DNA of 64,000 bases from IMG/VR virus record IMGVR_UViG_3300047160_003799. One strand, 5' to 3'. This DNA is from a virus. Shown one piece after another: positions 8,865 through 17,795 of the stretch. The position numbers and the translations under genes were made by a program. Every line of letters begins with the position of its first letter. The stretch's first letter is position 1. The notes under the pieces are model-generated. The model worked only from the letters and a program-made list of their open reading frames with translations. It made no database searches and was not told where the DNA came from.

Positions 8865-9340
8865 AGGCACGGACGCGGAAGCTCATCCATCTCCTCAAGG
8901 GCGGATACCCTGTTGTCGCTGACCTTCCCTGGCTCAAGGGGAACGTCTTTGGCTACAACGAGGAGCGGAAGGTCTTCCGCGTTCGTGAGGGGGCAGTAAC
9001 ACTTGAGATTCCATTCGAGGCACCAGAAAGAACGGATGTGGTGCTGGCACCTATCGAGGGAACGTGGACGTTGTGCCTGCCAGCTCACCTGCGGGTGAGA
9101 AACGCGCTCCGCGAGGGAACCCTCAAGAGGATCCACGTCAACCAGCACCACATCCGCGCCAACATGAAGGATGGGCTTGACCGTCCGATCTTCACCGTGA
9201 AGGTAGGCAAGCTCAACTTCTACGGGCGGCAGGTCAGAATTCTGGGACCATCCGAGCTGATTTACCGCCCGTGCAACCCCCTCTCTTGCGGGGCAATGGC
9301 ATGGGTCGAGACCCGTGCCGAAGTCGAGGTGATCCCGTAG
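8861..9340 (+). CDS. hypothetical protein (~159 aa)
   Basis: GTG 8861 in frame of ORF 8840..9340, overlapping previous stop. Confidence 0.5.
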   Translation: MKARTRKLIHLLKGGYPVVADLPWLKGNVFGYNEERKVFRVREGAVTLEIPFEAPERTDVVLAPIEGTWTLCLPAHLRVRNALREGTLKRIHVNQHHIRANMKDGLDRPIFTVKVGKLNFYGRQVRILGPSELIYRPCNPLSCGAMAWVETRAEVEVIP

Positions 9341-9407
9341 GTTAAGTAAAATCTCACTCGCTGCTTTACCGCGCGCTATCTTGCGATATGGTCGCGATAG
9401 GTGAGTT

Positions 9408-9752
9408 GTGAGCGTCAAAGGAACGGTTTACCTGCTTCACTTCGAGACGCCTTACAAGCACGCGGGACACTACATCGGCTGGACCAAGACACCTGCTGAG
9501 GAGCGCATGGCGCTACACGTTAGCGGGCGGGGCTCGCCTTTGGTTAAGGCAGCGGTCGGTGCGGGCTCGAATGTGCTGCTGGTTATGACCTGGGAGGACG
9601 AGGATCGGCATTTCGAGCGCGCCCTGAAAGAGCGACACAACGCCAAGGGGATCTGCCCGAAGTGCCGCGCCGCTTACAACGAGAAGGCCCGCAACAGGAT
9701 GCGGGAAACCCGAGCCAACGCGAGGAGTGTGTATCGTGAACGAGCAGCCTAA
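9408..9752 (+). CDS. GIY-YIG-like nuclease domain protein (free-standing, 114 aa)
   Basis: TVYLLHF(x10)HYIGWT then R and E downstream fits GIY-(10-11)-YIG spacing; CPKC Zn knuckle at C-terminus. Confidence 0.45.
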   Translation: MSVKGTVYLLHFETPYKHAGHYIGWTKTPAEERMALHVSGRGSPLVKAAVGAGSNVLLVMTWEDEDRHFERALKERHNAKGICPKCRAAYNEKARNRMRETRANARSVYRERAA

Positions 9753-10041
9753 GCCCGAGGTCGGTATGGGCGCCAGCCGTGGCTACGGATCGGACTCCTA
9801 CCCCGCTACCATCGTCAAGGTCAGCTCCTCTGGCAAGACACTCTGGATCGAAGAGGACGACTACACGTTCAATCCCAAGGCTGGGGAGCACGAGGACAAG
9901 TACATCTACTCGCGCCGCCCTGGCGGCAGACAGTTCAAGTACACGCTGCGTCAGGACGGCATGTTCCGCGAGGTGGGCGCCAGGCGTGGAGGGACGCTGG
10001 GCATCGGCTTCCGTAGGTTCTACAACGACCCGTGCTTCTAG
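9727..10041 (+). CDS. hypothetical protein (104 aa)
   Basis: ORF track; alternative GTG start at 9736. Confidence 0.45.
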   Translation: MCIVNEQPKPEVGMGASRGYGSDSYPATIVKVSSSGKTLWIEEDDYTFNPKAGEHEDKYIYSRRPGGRQFKYTLRQDGMFREVGARRGGTLGIGFRRFYNDPCF

Positions 10042-10133
10042 CAAGCACGTCTGGGGAGGCGACACCGCCTCCCCTGTGGCACGAGCTATGCAGAGTTTTC
10101 TGAGCCGATAGGGTGGAAGAAAGGAACTAAGTC

Positions 10134-10349
10134 ATGCTGCGAAACGAAGAGGTTCTTAGTCCGAGACCTGTAGGCGACCCGAGCTGCGTGGCGTGCGAGA
10201 GCAAGCTCTACGTCCACGGCATGAAGGCCGACCGCGTCATGAGGATCTTCGCGTGCGAGTTCTGCGCGCCTGGCATGAGTGACGACGAAGCGGACATGCT
10301 CCACTTCGAGGCGAACTGCTGCGAGGACGTTGGCGAAGTCCTGCGCTGA
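10134..10349 (+). CDS. Zn-ribbon protein (CxxC...CxxC)
   Basis: ORF track; CVACESKLY...ACEFCAPG. Confidence 0.5.
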   Translation: MLRNEEVLSPRPVGDPSCVACESKLYVHGMKADRVMRIFACEFCAPGMSDDEADMLHFEANCCEDVGEVLR

Positions 10350-10370
10350 GACAAGAAGGAAAGGTGCAAT

Positions 10371-10683
10371 CGTGAAACTCCTGACCAAAGACATCCTCAA
10401 GAAGCTCCCCAAGATCGGCTCGACTTCCGAGCTGGAGTCCAAGGACGTGAAGGTGCCGCTCAAGCTGTTCGGCGGCGGCTCGTGGACGTGGTACGTCACG
10501 GAGTTCGACGGGACGGACGAGATGTTCGGCTACGTGAAGGGCCTGGACAACGAGCTGGGCTACTTCTCGTACAAGGAGCTGGCGACGGCGAAGTTCCCCC
10601 CGTTCGGGCTTCCAGTCGAGCGCGACAAGTTCTGGGATCCGAACACGACTCTGGAACAGGTCATGAAGGGGGAGAAGTCGTGA
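10371..10683 (+). CDS. hypothetical protein, DUF2958-like (W-x-W-Y-V-T-E-F-D motif)
   Basis: GTG 10371 after AAGGAAAGGTGCAATC; sequence KLPKIGST...GGGSWTWYVTEFDG...FGYVKG recalled as DUF2958-like. Confidence 0.45.
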
Positions 10684-10934
10684 GCGCGGAGAAGGAACGC
10701 CCGAAGCAGACGCACGTGGAGACTTCGTGGGCGAGCCCGAATAAGAAGATGGCCGTTTTCCCTGGCCTCTTCGACTACAGCGGATTCGGCTACGGGACAC
10801 TGTTTCTCGACGCCGAAGGTACGAACGAGTGGCTGACAACGAGTCAGGCCGTGGCACGAGCCAGTGAGCTTGGGCTCAAGTTCAAGTATCACGACTCGCT
10901 TGAAGGCTACACAGGGACTTACCTGGGCGACTGA
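10680..10934 (+). CDS. hypothetical protein (84 aa)
   Basis: GTG 10680 overlapping previous stop (GTGA); ORF 10482..10934 frame. Confidence 0.45.
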   Translation: MSAEKERPKQTHVETSWASPNKKMAVFPGLFDYSGFGYGTLFLDAEGTNEWLTTSQAVARASELGLKFKYHDSLEGYTGTYLGD

Positions 10935-10954
10935 CCCAAGAAAGGACGTGATCT

Positions 10955-11088
10955 GTGCTTACGTTTATCGTCATCGTGTTTGTCCTGCTTCTCCTGCTTG
11001 GTCTCTGGGCGGTCATGGCCCGTCGCCAGAACGGTGGCTGGAGTGGCGGCAGCTTCGGCGGCTACGACGATTGGGATGACGACTGACC
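10955..11088 (+). CDS. micro membrane peptide 1 (44 aa; TM helix + GGWSGGSFGGYDDWDDD tail)
   Basis: Manual; GTG start in GAAAGGACGTGATCTGTG context. Confidence 0.4.
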
Positions 11089-11106
11089 CGAGGAAAGGAC
11101 AAGATC

Positions 11107-11187
11107 TGTGGAAGCACTTGTTGCTGTGCTTGGCACGCTCATCATCATAGGCATCCTCCTGGCGTTCGCGAGTAGTGCTAACGACTG
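11107..11187 (+). CDS. micro membrane peptide 2 (26 aa, single TM)
   Basis: Manual; same upstream motif GAAAGGACAAGATCTGTG; VEALVAVLGTLIIIGILLAFASSAND. Confidence 0.3.
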
Positions 11188-11208
11188 ACCAAAGAAAGGA
11201 TGTGACCT

Positions 11209-11326
11209 GTGTTCATTCTTCCGTGGACCGTTGTTGCTCAGATTGTTGTGCTTCTGATCGGGAGCGCGGTCGCGACGGCCATCGAGAAGGGCGGCGACGG
11301 CGAGAAGCCGAAGGAGAGTGCCTGAT
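11209..11326 (+). CDS. micro membrane peptide 3 (39 aa, single TM)
   Basis: Manual; upstream GAAAGGATGTGACCTGTG; VFILPWTVVAQIVVLLIGSAVATAIEKGGDGEKPKESA. Confidence 0.35.
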
Positions 11327-11504
11327 GGCCCCTGCGCGCGATACGGAGCCCGTGGCTGCAGCGCTGCAAGCTCTCGCGGCACTCTACGCCATCGAGGTGC
11401 GACTCGACTACGACGGCAAGCTCCAGCTCCACGCGAGCATCGTCCCGAAGGAGAACAAGCCCGCGAAGAAGGCGAAAAAGGCCAGGAATAAGGTCCTGGC
11501 ATGA
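11325..11504 (+). CDS. hypothetical protein (59 aa)
   Basis: ATG 11325 in frame of ORF 11175..11504, ATGA-coupled to previous. Confidence 0.35.
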   Translation: MAPARDTEPVAAALQALAALYAIEVRLDYDGKLQLHASIVPKENKPAKKAKKARNKVLA

Positions 11505-11541
11505 ACCGTGCATAAGGTTTTGGTCCCAACGGAGGTGTGAC

Positions 11542-11742
11542 GTGGATACGGACCTGGTGGACGGAATCATGCGCTACGAGAACGGAGACATGGAGCAGGA
11601 CGAGATGGTGGATCTGTTCCAGGCGCTCGTGGACAACGGGATGGCCTGGACACTCCAAGGACACTACGGACGTACGGCCAAGATGCTCATCGATGAGGGC
11701 CTCGTGAAGCTCTCTAAGACCCCTTCCAAGAAGGAGAAGTGA
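11542..11742 (+). CDS. hypothetical protein (66 aa)
   Basis: ORF track. Confidence 0.45.
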   Translation: MDTDLVDGIMRYENGDMEQDEMVDLFQALVDNGMAWTLQGHYGRTAKMLIDEGLVKLSKTPSKKEK

Positions 11743-11745
11743 TCT

Positions 11746-11895
11746 GTGGACAACTTGCGCGACCCCGACGACGTGAGACTGACCGACGCCGATAAGGAGC
11801 GTGAGGCGAACACGGACCCCAAGAGTGAGGTCGAGGACGACGACATCGACTGGACGGACGACATCCACTACCGCGAGCTTGGGGGAGGAGACTGA
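11746..11895 (+). CDS. small acidic protein (49 aa)
   Basis: Manual; GTG in GAGAAGTGATCTGTG context. Confidence 0.35.
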   Translation: MDNLRDPDDVRLTDADKEREANTDPKSEVEDDDIDWTDDIHYRELGGGD

Positions 11896-11898
11896 GCC

Positions 11899-12060
11899 AT
11901 GACTACAACGACGACTGAGGCGAATGAGCTGCACGCGCTTCGGAGCGAGGTTGTCAAGCTCCGCGAAGAGGTCAAGCTCCTCAACGAGATCCTGGTCATG
12001 TATCAGGACACAGAGAAGCGCCGTGTCGAGCGCGCCCGTACGACGGGCATCGAGCTGTAA
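11899..12060 (+). CDS. small coiled-coil protein (53 aa)
   Basis: Manual ATG 11899 after GGGAGGAGACTGAGCC. Confidence 0.4.
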   Translation: MTTTTTEANELHALRSEVVKLREEVKLLNEILVMYQDTEKRRVERARTTGIEL

Positions 12061-12063
12061 GCC

Positions 12064-12294
12064 ATGGTGGCGCTACGGGAAAAGAAGGGTGAGCCGCTAC
12101 GGCGGCTCACCGACACCGCGTTCATCGAGTGGGTCTGGCACGTGTTGGAACACGAGGCAGAGGAGCCTTTCAAGCTCTGGGACGCGCTCGAATTCGCGCA
12201 CCTGGCAGGCTACGAGGTTGTCTACGAAGACGACAAGCCTGGAACCCACGCGGACCCTGAGCTAGAGGTCAAGGTCTGGGAATTCCACAAGTAG
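12064..12294 (+). CDS. hypothetical protein (76 aa)
   Basis: ORF track. Confidence 0.5.
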   Translation: MVALREKKGEPLRRLTDTAFIEWVWHVLEHEAEEPFKLWDALEFAHLAGYEVVYEDDKPGTHADPELEVKVWEFHK

Positions 12295-12313
12295 TGTAAG
12301 AAAGGGCATAGTC

Positions 12314-12799
12314 ATGGAATGCGGCATCTGCGGCAAGAAGACCGATACGGCTCTCATGCACGCTGGGCCTTACTGCAGCCCGAAACACGAGAGGATGCTC
12401 AGGGCGCGTCGGACAGCGCTACACGACCAGCTCCTCGCGGAGCCTGACTTCTCGCTCCCCGACGAGCTTGACTTGCCCGCGTTCGAGCGGTTCTCGCTCA
12501 AGGTGGCGCTCAAGTCCCTGCAGACCTTGTGTCCCAAGCATCGCGCGGAGATCGAGGAGCGGATGCCTCTCTTGCTCGTTCCCGAAGAGATGGCGCTCAA
12601 GGTCAAGGAGGAGATCCTGCAGCACATCCCCGACGAGTACGTCGAGCTGCAAGAGGCGCGCGGGCATGAGCGGCTGTTCCACGGCGGAACCTTCTCCTTC
12701 AAGCGCAACATCCCCGCTCAGGTCATCATCGACGCGCTCGCTCAGACGAGCTTCGTTTCGCGGAAGCGGACGAAGAAGACGCGGCGGAAGGCTGGGTAA
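12314..12799 (+). CDS. hypothetical protein with N-terminal Cys4 knuckle (CGICGKK...CSPKHE)
   Basis: ORF track. Confidence 0.55.
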   Translation: MECGICGKKTDTALMHAGPYCSPKHERMLRARRTALHDQLLAEPDFSLPDELDLPAFERFSLKVALKSLQTLCPKHRAEIEERMPLLLVPEEMALKVKEEILQHIPDEYVELQEARGHERLFHGGTFSFKRNIPAQVIIDALAQTSFVSRKRTKKTRRKAG

Positions 12800-12802
12800 C
12801 TT

Positions 12803-12820
12803 CTACAAAATTGTAGAACA
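12803..12820. promoter_or_regulatory. perfect palindrome TTCTACAAAATTGTAGAA in a 150-bp intergenic gap (candidate operator)
   Basis: Read directly; 8-bp arms with 2-bp centre, immediately after stop of 12314..12799. Confidence 0.4.
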
Positions 12821-12951
12821 CATCGAGCTGTAACGCTGTGATATCGAGTTGGTCCGCAATATGCAAAGGTGACAATCCCCAGAGGTGAGCTAGGAAACGA
12901 ATGGTTCGTTAACTGACTCGCCTCTTTTCTGTGTGTGTTGGAGAGTGATCT

Positions 12952-13566
12952 GTGCTTCACGAGAACGAGAACATCGGCCCCGACGAGGCGCGCGAAGAGC
13001 AGCACGACTACGAGGACGCGGTCAACGAGGACATGGAGTCCATGAGCGACGAGGACGAGGACGACGAGACGGCCCCCGTGGACGACGCGCCCCTCAGCGA
13101 CGACGAGGACGACGAGGAAGAGGACAGCGAGGCCGTCGAGGACGAGCTGGCGAGCCCCGAGATCAAGGGCAGCGAAGGCAATCTCGGTTTCCTCGCGGCC
13201 ATGCTCGGCAACGTTCCCGACGCGGTTCAGTCCGTGTTCGAGGAAGAGGACGGGCACACCAAGAGAAGCCGTGAGCTGTTCGAGGGCCTTCCGTCCGTCG
13301 AGGTGGAGTCGCTTGACCAGCTCCGCGCCGACACCGACGCCTTCTTCATGCGCCGCGAGGACGCGCACGGCGATCTCACCAAGCTCTCGCTCCACGTTCT
13401 GCAGCGTGGCCTGGCGACCGCCGAAGAGCTGCTGCGGCGGATCAAGGACGGCAAGGTCGAGGGCGTCACGGAAGTGGCTCCCGACCACGTGATCTACAGC
13501 GACATCAAGGCGCTCAAGGCCGAGATCAAGAGTCGGCTCTCCAGCGAGGGCACGAAGGCCGCGTAA
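12952..13566 (+). CDS. highly acidic protein (204 aa; poly-D/E N-terminal half)
   Basis: ORF track; GTG in GAGAGTGATCTGTG context; DEDDEDDETAPVDDAPLSDDEDDEEEDSEAVEDE. Confidence 0.55.
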   Translation: MLHENENIGPDEAREEQHDYEDAVNEDMESMSDEDEDDETAPVDDAPLSDDEDDEEEDSEAVEDELASPEIKGSEGNLGFLAAMLGNVPDAVQSVFEEEDGHTKRSRELFEGLPSVEVESLDQLRADTDAFFMRREDAHGDLTKLSLHVLQRGLATAEELLRRIKDGKVEGVTEVAPDHVIYSDIKALKAEIKSRLSSEGTKAA

Positions 13567-13644
13567 CGGTTCCTTCCAGGGGGGAAGGGGCTCAACACTT
13601 GCAAGGTTCTTCAACGGTCCACAACAACTCAAGAAAAGAAAGCG

Positions 13645-13842
13645 ATGTGTGACATGGCTGCGAAGAAAACGACCAAGCGCACGACGAGCCGCAAGCCCGC
13701 GAAGGGACGCACGACGAAGACGCGGAAGCCTTCCGTCAAGCGGACTCCCAAGCTCCCCGAGCCCGAGCCCTACGGGTTCGAGCCCGAGCCCGAGCTTCCC
13801 CCGAGCGGCATGGGCGGCTGCGGAGCTGGCTGCGGTGGCTGA
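13645..13842 (+). CDS. small very basic K/R/T-rich protein (65 aa)
   Basis: ORF track; AKKTTKRTTSRKPAKGRTTKTRKPSVKRTPK. Confidence 0.4.
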   Translation: MCDMAAKKTTKRTTSRKPAKGRTTKTRKPSVKRTPKLPEPEPYGFEPEPELPPSGMGGCGAGCGG

Positions 13843-13918
13843 GAGCTAGCTCTAGCTCTCAACCATTGGTGGAAGGGGGAACTCTTACACAAAACCACAA
13901 AACCACCTGTTACGAGGA

Positions 13919-14368
13919 GTGTCTACCATGGCAAGCAAAGAGTCTGAGGGCATCGGCCCGTTCATCTACAAGGAGAAGCTCAAGGAGCTGGAGGAGCAGG
14001 CCACGCTGGCGATCAAGGCTCGCCAGGATCCCATGAACATGAACGAGATGCAACTCCAGGGCGAGATCGTCGCCTACCTGATGACGCTCAAGGCAGCGGG
14101 CGGCTACGCCAACATCCCCGACGTTGTCAACGAGCGCGGCGAGGCGATCCTTCGAGCTGCAATCGTCAAGGGCTACGTTCCGTCCGAGCTGGCGGGCACG
14201 CTCCAAGAGAAGGTCACGGAGCTGCAAGCGTGGAGTGGCATGAATCCTGCAGAGCGAAAGGAGAAGGTCGCGTCGGACCTGGAAAAGCGGGCTGACGAGA
14301 TCGAAAGAGACGCAGCCAAGGCTGTGAAGGAGCTGCGTGCGAACGCCGCGAAGCGTAGAGCGGCGTAA
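13919..14368 (+). CDS. hypothetical protein (149 aa)
   Basis: ORF track; GAGGAG RBS. Confidence 0.55.
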   Translation: MSTMASKESEGIGPFIYKEKLKELEEQATLAIKARQDPMNMNEMQLQGEIVAYLMTLKAAGGYANIPDVVNERGEAILRAAIVKGYVPSELAGTLQEKVTELQAWSGMNPAERKEKVASDLEKRADEIERDAAKAVKELRANAAKRRAA

Positions 14369-14419
14369 CTTCTACTCTAAACCACCCCGACGTTCCCCGA
14401 AGGGAGAGAGCAGAGGCTT

Positions 14420-14705
14420 GATGGGTCAGCGCCTTCTCAGACATCCCCATCTCAAGGACATCTTGCATCTCCCGCTGTTTACGAGGCTGACGCACAAGGT
14501 TACTCGTAGGCACGTGATCGCGTGGCTCCTGGGTATCGTGTTGATGCTCCTGGGCTCGCTGGTCGCATCGCTCTCGCACCATACCGAAGTTCTGCCCCCT
14601 GTCGTGTTGGAAGCGATTGGGAACTTCTTGCACGCGGTTGGTGCGCTTCCGATCATCAGGCATATCGAGCCTATGTGGCTGGTGCTTGCTGGTAGCGCTG
14701 AGTAG
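14420..14705 (+). CDS. membrane protein (94 aa)
   Basis: ATG 14420 in frame of ORF 14337..14705; hydrophobic helices. Confidence 0.45.
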
Positions 14706-14775
14706 CGGTGGACACGGGCACGGGGCTACGGTCCCGTGCCTGCCAAAAGAGAGGGGGTCCACAAGGAGGCACACC

Positions 14776-15039
14776 ATGCACTCTGTCAGAGACTTCAAAC
14801 GGATGATGGCAACCAAGTACGGCGGGCTCTGGCGCTACATGAACGAATTCGTGCAACGCTCCGAGAACCATCGCGACTTCCATAGCAAGCTCAACAGGCT
14901 AGGCTGGGAGCGCCGCACACTGGAGCCAGAGGAATGTTCCGACGTGGACGCTACGGCGTTCATTACGGAAGCTGAGTGGCACCAGCTTGAGGACGAGTTC
15001 TACAAGCTGCTGGGAGGAGAAGACCACCATGAGGATTGA
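14776..15039 (+). CDS. hypothetical protein (87 aa)
   Basis: ATG 14776 after AAGGAGGCACACC in frame of ORF 14617..15039. Confidence 0.5.
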   Translation: MHSVRDFKRMMATKYGGLWRYMNEFVQRSENHRDFHSKLNRLGWERRTLEPEECSDVDATAFITEAEWHQLEDEFYKLLGGEDHHED

Positions 15040-15280
15040 CGAGAGACTTGGACCGTCTAGCGAGAAGCTCAAGTGGCTCACTGAGAGGCATATCAGACGC
15101 TACCGCAATCATCTGCGGCACGCGGAGCGAGGCACCGACTTCGGCCATTCGGTCAACATCAACGAGACACGCTACTACCTTTCGATCTGGAAGTCTATCG
15201 AGTCGAAAGGCTATCTATGGAATCAACTGAACGAGCAAGAACGGCGGGAGGTCCGTGACGCTCTTGCCGACGAGGAGTAA
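15029..15280 (+). CDS. hypothetical protein (83 aa)
   Basis: ATG 15029 in frame of ORF 14987..15280, overlaps previous stop. Confidence 0.5.
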   Translation: MRIDERLGPSSEKLKWLTERHIRRYRNHLRHAERGTDFGHSVNINETRYYLSIWKSIESKGYLWNQLNEQERREVRDALADEE

Positions 15281-15286
15281 TTACAA

Positions 15287-15439
15287 TGTTCGCGGAGTTC
15301 TGTTTCCATGCGGCTTCGGTGCTGATGCTCATCCCGATCTCTTTCGGACTGGCGAGAGTGAACAAGCATCCCGACAAACACAAGATCGGCATCGCGGCGC
15401 TTTACGTCGCCACCCTGTTGACCGCGCTCTGGATGTAAC
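15287..15439 (+). CDS. small membrane protein (50 aa)
   Basis: Manual ORF MFAEFCFHAASVLMLIPISFGLARVNKHPDKHKIGIAALYVATLLTALWM. Confidence 0.35.
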
Positions 15440-15709
15440 ATGAGCGAGGTTTCCTATTGGCTCTCAGCAAGCAGGAATGTTCCCATGCCTGACTACATAG
15501 GGTTCATTGTTACTCCCAAGAGGCACGATGGCAAAGCCTTTTTCGAGAAGGCTGCAGGTGGGCCAAACGCGGACTCAGCCTACGTTTACTTCGATAAGGA
15601 TACAGCGCTGAGCTTCGCTAAGAACTTCAATGAGATCTATGGCGGCGAGTGGGAGGTCCACCCCGTCGATCTCTGGATCAAACCCGCTGTCTCAGAGGAG
15701 AAGGCATAG
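15440..15709 (+). CDS. hypothetical protein (89 aa)
   Basis: ORF track. Confidence 0.5.
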   Translation: MSEVSYWLSASRNVPMPDYIGFIVTPKRHDGKAFFEKAAGGPNADSAYVYFDKDTALSFAKNFNEIYGGEWEVHPVDLWIKPAVSEEKA

Positions 15710-15713
15710 ACAG

Positions 15714-16073
15714 ATGTTCGGTGGAATACTAGGCATGATGGACATGATGGACGACTACAAGGAACGGAAGGTCAAGCGCTTCGAGAAGGACAAGCTCGTC
15801 GTTGATACCGCAAGGGTCACGGACAGCACCAAGCCCTTCGAGACGGCGGTGGAGCACCCCGACTACAAGAGCGGCGAGTTCATCGTGGTGGAGAACTACG
15901 ATACAAAGGAGGATGCCGAGAAGGGGCACGAGCGCTGGGTCATGACGATGACCGCAGAGACGCTTCCAGAGGAGCTACGGGACGTTTCAGAATCCACCGC
16001 TGCGACCGACCTGGACGACGTGGCAGGAAACAAGGGTTGGCGAACGTACCCGAGAAAGAAGAAGGCATCGTGA
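15714..16073 (+). CDS. hypothetical protein (119 aa)
   Basis: ATG 15714 in frame of ORF 15630..16073. Confidence 0.5.
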   Translation: MFGGILGMMDMMDDYKERKVKRFEKDKLVVDTARVTDSTKPFETAVEHPDYKSGEFIVVENYDTKEDAEKGHERWVMTMTAETLPEELRDVSESTAATDLDDVAGNKGWRTYPRKKKAS

Positions 16074-16218
16074 GCAAGGCAAAGCAGCTTCCGCCGAAGC
16101 CGACGTGAGACCACAAGGACTCTGAGCGCATAGGTGCGTTCGAGTTCTACTGCTTCTCGTGCGGGAAGCTCTACAACTGGCGAACAGGCAAGGAAGTGAA
16201 GGACTGGAGGAGGATGCT

Positions 16219-16509
16219 ATGACTCCAGAGGTTGAAGCTCGCTTGAAGAACGTTACAATCCTCGTGCTCGGTATGCTCGACAAGATGCGCGATGCAGGAC
16301 TGGTGCGAGGTAGCAGCTTCCGACTCTCAGAAGAGGGACAGAAGCGCTATCTTGCCATCCTTGACGAGAACTTCATTCCGACCGAGAATGAAATCGTCAA
16401 GGTCTTGGACCAACTCAACGCCATCTCTGGGCTGCAAGTAGAGCCAGAAGCCAAGGCAGAAATCGAGCGGCTGGAGGAGCGCTATGACTCGCATACCACG
16501 AAAAACTGA
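16219..16509 (+). CDS. hypothetical protein (96 aa)
   Basis: ATG 16219 after GGAGGAGGATGCT in frame of ORF 16159..16509. Confidence 0.5.
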   Translation: MTPEVEARLKNVTILVLGMLDKMRDAGLVRGSSFRLSEEGQKRYLAILDENFIPTENEIVKVLDQLNAISGLQVEPEAKAEIERLEERYDSHTTKN

Positions 16510-16786
16510 TGTAAACCCAGACATGCTGAACATGCGAATGGCTGAGATGATTGCCTCTGGAGAGGCTATCGATGTCAGCGACTTCGAGCGCACGCCCGAA
16601 GGCTACTACATCTTCCCCTACGACCTGTACGGCATGGACACCGACGACAAGGACTTCTGCGATGCCAAGCGGGAGATGTGGATCTGGTCGATAGGACGGG
16701 ATAGGAGGACGGGGCAGCGCTTCGCTTCTACGTCATCCGTGTTCTATCCCTCGAACGAGAAGTTCGAGTGCGTCTGGCTGAGGTGA
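16484..16786 (+). CDS. hypothetical protein (100 aa)
   Basis: ORF track; possible later start ATG 16519. Confidence 0.45.
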   Translation: MTRIPRKTDVNPDMLNMRMAEMIASGEAIDVSDFERTPEGYYIFPYDLYGMDTDDKDFCDAKREMWIWSIGRDRRTGQRFASTSSVFYPSNEKFECVWLR

Positions 16787-16789
16787 AGG

Positions 16790-17047
16790 ATGTCCTGGGA
16801 AAAGTTTGACGACGCCTGCAAGGGATGCGAGCCTGCGATGCTCGATCTGCAGACTGGCAAACCGTTGCCGCTTGACTCTGCGCCTATGAAGGCGATCATG
16901 GGCGTCTGGAAAGAAACGACAAAACAGGAGCGCCAAGCCTTCCACGAGTTCACCTGCAAGAACAGTCGTGCCCCCTGGGTCATGCGCTTCATGCAGGAGT
17001 TCTACGAGAAGGTCCAGGCCGCACTCAAGGAGGCAGAGGCAGCTTGA
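16790..17047 (+). CDS. hypothetical protein (85 aa)
   Basis: ORF track. Confidence 0.5.
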   Translation: MSWEKFDDACKGCEPAMLDLQTGKPLPLDSAPMKAIMGVWKETTKQERQAFHEFTCKNSRAPWVMRFMQEFYEKVQAALKEAEAA

Positions 17048-17298
17048 GCTGGCAAGAGCGGGAGGAACGATGGTTAGCAGCCTGGCGGAAACGCCGTACA
17101 GACTTGATGACTGAGTGTCTACAGGCGCTCGTCAGGAACGACAGGCTTGAAGCGAGAGTGGAGAGCACGCTATCAAGAGTCCCATCGTCCCTCCCGCTGG
17201 TGGCTGAGGAGCTACGGAAGACAAGAGCTGGAGTGAGAGATGAGCGCCAACATTGGATCGCTCTACTCAACAAGCTCCGTTCTCAGGAAGAACCATGA
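17044..17298 (+). CDS. hypothetical protein (84 aa)
   Basis: ORF track; coupled start/stop. Confidence 0.5.
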   Translation: MSWQEREERWLAAWRKRRTDLMTECLQALVRNDRLEARVESTLSRVPSSLPLVAEELRKTRAGVRDERQHWIALLNKLRSQEEP

Positions 17299-17501
17299 AG
17301 AGGCGTATGAACAAGCAGAAGCTACGGGAAGCTCTACACCAGGTCGCAGAGCGTAGAGACGACCTGGACGAGCTTGTCCGCGAGTTCAAGCAAGAGATCG
17401 CGGACAAGTTCGAGATGGAGGTGTTTCCAGCTATCGAGGCGCTCGACGCCGCACTAGCTGGGGCCTCCCAGCTCTTGCAGGACGAGAAGGAAGCAGCATG
17501 A
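17295..17501 (+). CDS. hypothetical protein (68 aa)
   Basis: ATG 17295 in frame of ORF 17253..17501. Confidence 0.5.
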   Translation: MKRRMNKQKLREALHQVAERRDDLDELVREFKQEIADKFEMEVFPAIEALDAALAGASQLLQDEKEAA

Positions 17502-17761
17502 ACGGCAGAGGCACAGACGCTTATCAGATGGAGTCCGACGAGGTCGATACCCTCAATGAGCGGTACATCAAGATGCTCAAAAAGGGTGACAACCCGAAGA
17601 ACGTCGTCTCCAAGGTGCTCAAGGACTACCGCGAGGCTATCAAGCGAGGAAGCCTGGACAGCATCGGGAAGACGCTCGACCTCTACAACGAGGCGCTCTA
17701 TCGCCTCTCGGACGAAGCGATACCGAAGTACTATCCGAGAGAGAAGAAGGCCGCAGCTTAG
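17498..17761 (+). CDS. hypothetical protein (87 aa)
   Basis: ORF track. Confidence 0.5.
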   Translation: MNGRGTDAYQMESDEVDTLNERYIKMLKKGDNPKNVVSKVLKDYREAIKRGSLDSIGKTLDLYNEALYRLSDEAIPKYYPREKKAAA

Positions 17762-17795
17762 CCTACTCGATCTCGTGGTAGAGTAGGGGAAGAGA

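Noticed and set aside
16134-16214. Small Zn-ribbon-like reading FEFYCFSCGKLYNWRTGKEVKDWRRML in the 16074-16218 gap
   Set aside because: No in-frame ATG/GTG/TTG start after the preceding stop.
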